Source of the DNA: Wickerhamiella versatilis
Lineage: Eukaryota
Length of the DNA stretch: 64,000 bases
Assembly: GCA_030867685.1 (NCBI GenBank)
Contig: JAQOWU010000003.1
Span: 1,178,001 to 1,242,000, forward strand
Direction of reading: 5' to 3'
Made by a program: the position numbers and the translations under genes. A model generated the notes under the pieces. The model searched no databases. It was not told the DNA's origin and worked only from the letters and a program-made list of their open reading frames with translations. Shown piece after piece: positions 63,021 to 64,000 of the stretch (its first letter is position 1; the number at the start of each line of letters is the position of its first letter).

Positions 63021-64000
63021 TTAATTCACTTCTTCTGATGACACTAGTGACCAGCTGGCGCTCTCCTCGTCACCATCAGTTAATACCACCACATCAAATG
63101 GCGCTATACTAACCTCTGTAGTATCCTTGCCATCCCCAAGCACGTTACGCAATGCTCTGGGTAGTGTTACCTTTCTTAATTCGTAGGTATGGCTAATCAG
63201 AATAAACACCTCATGGTGAGAATTCCTGCGAGAGCATACCTCGATGTCGTCAGGAACGCCTGGAATGTAAGGCCTGATACCAGCCTCGCCCAGCCATAAG
63301 TACACAAGATTGCTTAGCAAGTCATCATCCAGCCATGCTCCAACATAAGTGATCCGTCCATTTCCAACTTTTCTTGTCAAGACTGCAGGCTGGTCATCCA
63401 ACCATCCATTTGATTTGCCATAACGCAAGAGTGTCTCAGTATCCGGGGCTGATGCTCTCAGAAGTTCTGCCCAGACATTGGCAGTGCCAATCCCAGCAAT
63501 CCCTTCAAGAGGCACGTCCGTATCCAAGGCATAAAACTGTTCCACCCTAGCACCAAGCAAGTCAATCAGTGGACCAGGCTGTCGCGCAGGCTGTAATCCG
63601 TTATATTCATTTTTCATGCCACTTCGTGGACCCAGAACTAAGTGTCCACCGCTTTTGATATATTTCTCTAGATGCTCGGGTATTCCTCGAGCAAATACGT
63701 TAAGAGCTGGAGCAACAACAATTTTGTATTTTGAAAGATCTGCGGAAGGAGATACCATGTCGACGCTCTGTGATTGAGCTCTTAATGGATTATAGAAGGC
63801 CTTGAGCTCCTCAATGGGATCAAAATTTTCTGAGTGTTTCTGGAAAGTAATTGCCCATCGACTATCATAGTCATGTATCACGGCTACTTTACCTTGTGGA
63901 CTTGTATTGTCCAATGCCCAGCTGGCCTTACCAAACTCAGCACCCAATTGCTTGATTTCATAGAAACCCGGAACTGGTGTTCCATCAGCACCCAATAGAG
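63021..64000 (-). CDS. GH42 beta-galactosidase, C-terminal part (5'-partial), bacterial-like
   Basis: VAV.HDYDSRWA, DLS.YK.VVAPAL, GGHLVLGPRSG.K, PGPL..LLG..VE and G.PA......G.G...YVG (trimerisation domain). The frame is open to the window edge. Confidence 0.88.
   Translation of the reverse strand, partial: LLGADGTPVPGFYEIKQLGAEFGKASWALDNTSPQGKVAVIHDYDSRWAITFQKHSENFDPIEELKAFYNPLRAQSQSVDMVSPSADLSKYKIVVAPALNVFARGIPEHLEKYIKSGGHLVLGPRSGMKNEYNGLQPARQPGPLIDLLGARVEQFYALDTDVPLEGIAGIGTANVWAELLRASAPDTETLLRYGKSNGWLDDQPAVLTRKVGNGRITYVGAWLDDDLLSNLVYLWLGEAGIRPYIPGVPDDIEVCSRRNSHHEVFILISHTYELRKVTLPRALRNVLGDGKDTTEVSIAPFDVVVLTDGDEESASWSLVSSEEVN

Overview
This is eukaryotic DNA: a very compact, apparently intron-free stretch of a budding-yeast (Saccharomycotina) chromosome. 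It holds about 43 CDS and 3 tRNA genes (two tandem tRNA-Ala(AGC) and an initiator tRNA-Met). Most genes are recognisable yeast housekeeping genes (TYR1, COG3, PXA2, ERG26, NUP60, SVF1, SEC66, BUD20, SFA1, VPS34, AIM9, PFK2, VRP1, ERV1, MSP1, SAE2, MMS4, CTS1, FHL1, OMA1, PRE2). Five scattered genes look bacterial: a beta-hydroxyacid dehydrogenase, a PaiB-like protein, a Zn-ADH, a class-B DyP peroxidase and a GH42 beta-galactosidase. Together with the compactness and a standard CTG=Leu reading, this suggests the HGT-rich Wickerhamiella/Starmerella clade (inference only). The most notable signals are: the DyP and Zn-ADH appear to have gained mitochondrial presequences; a GH79-repeat-GPI surface protein has its apparent signal peptide out of frame by one base in an A9 run; and a decayed copy of the VPS34 3' end lies just downstream of VPS34. 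All family calls come from motif recognition by eye; no searches were run.
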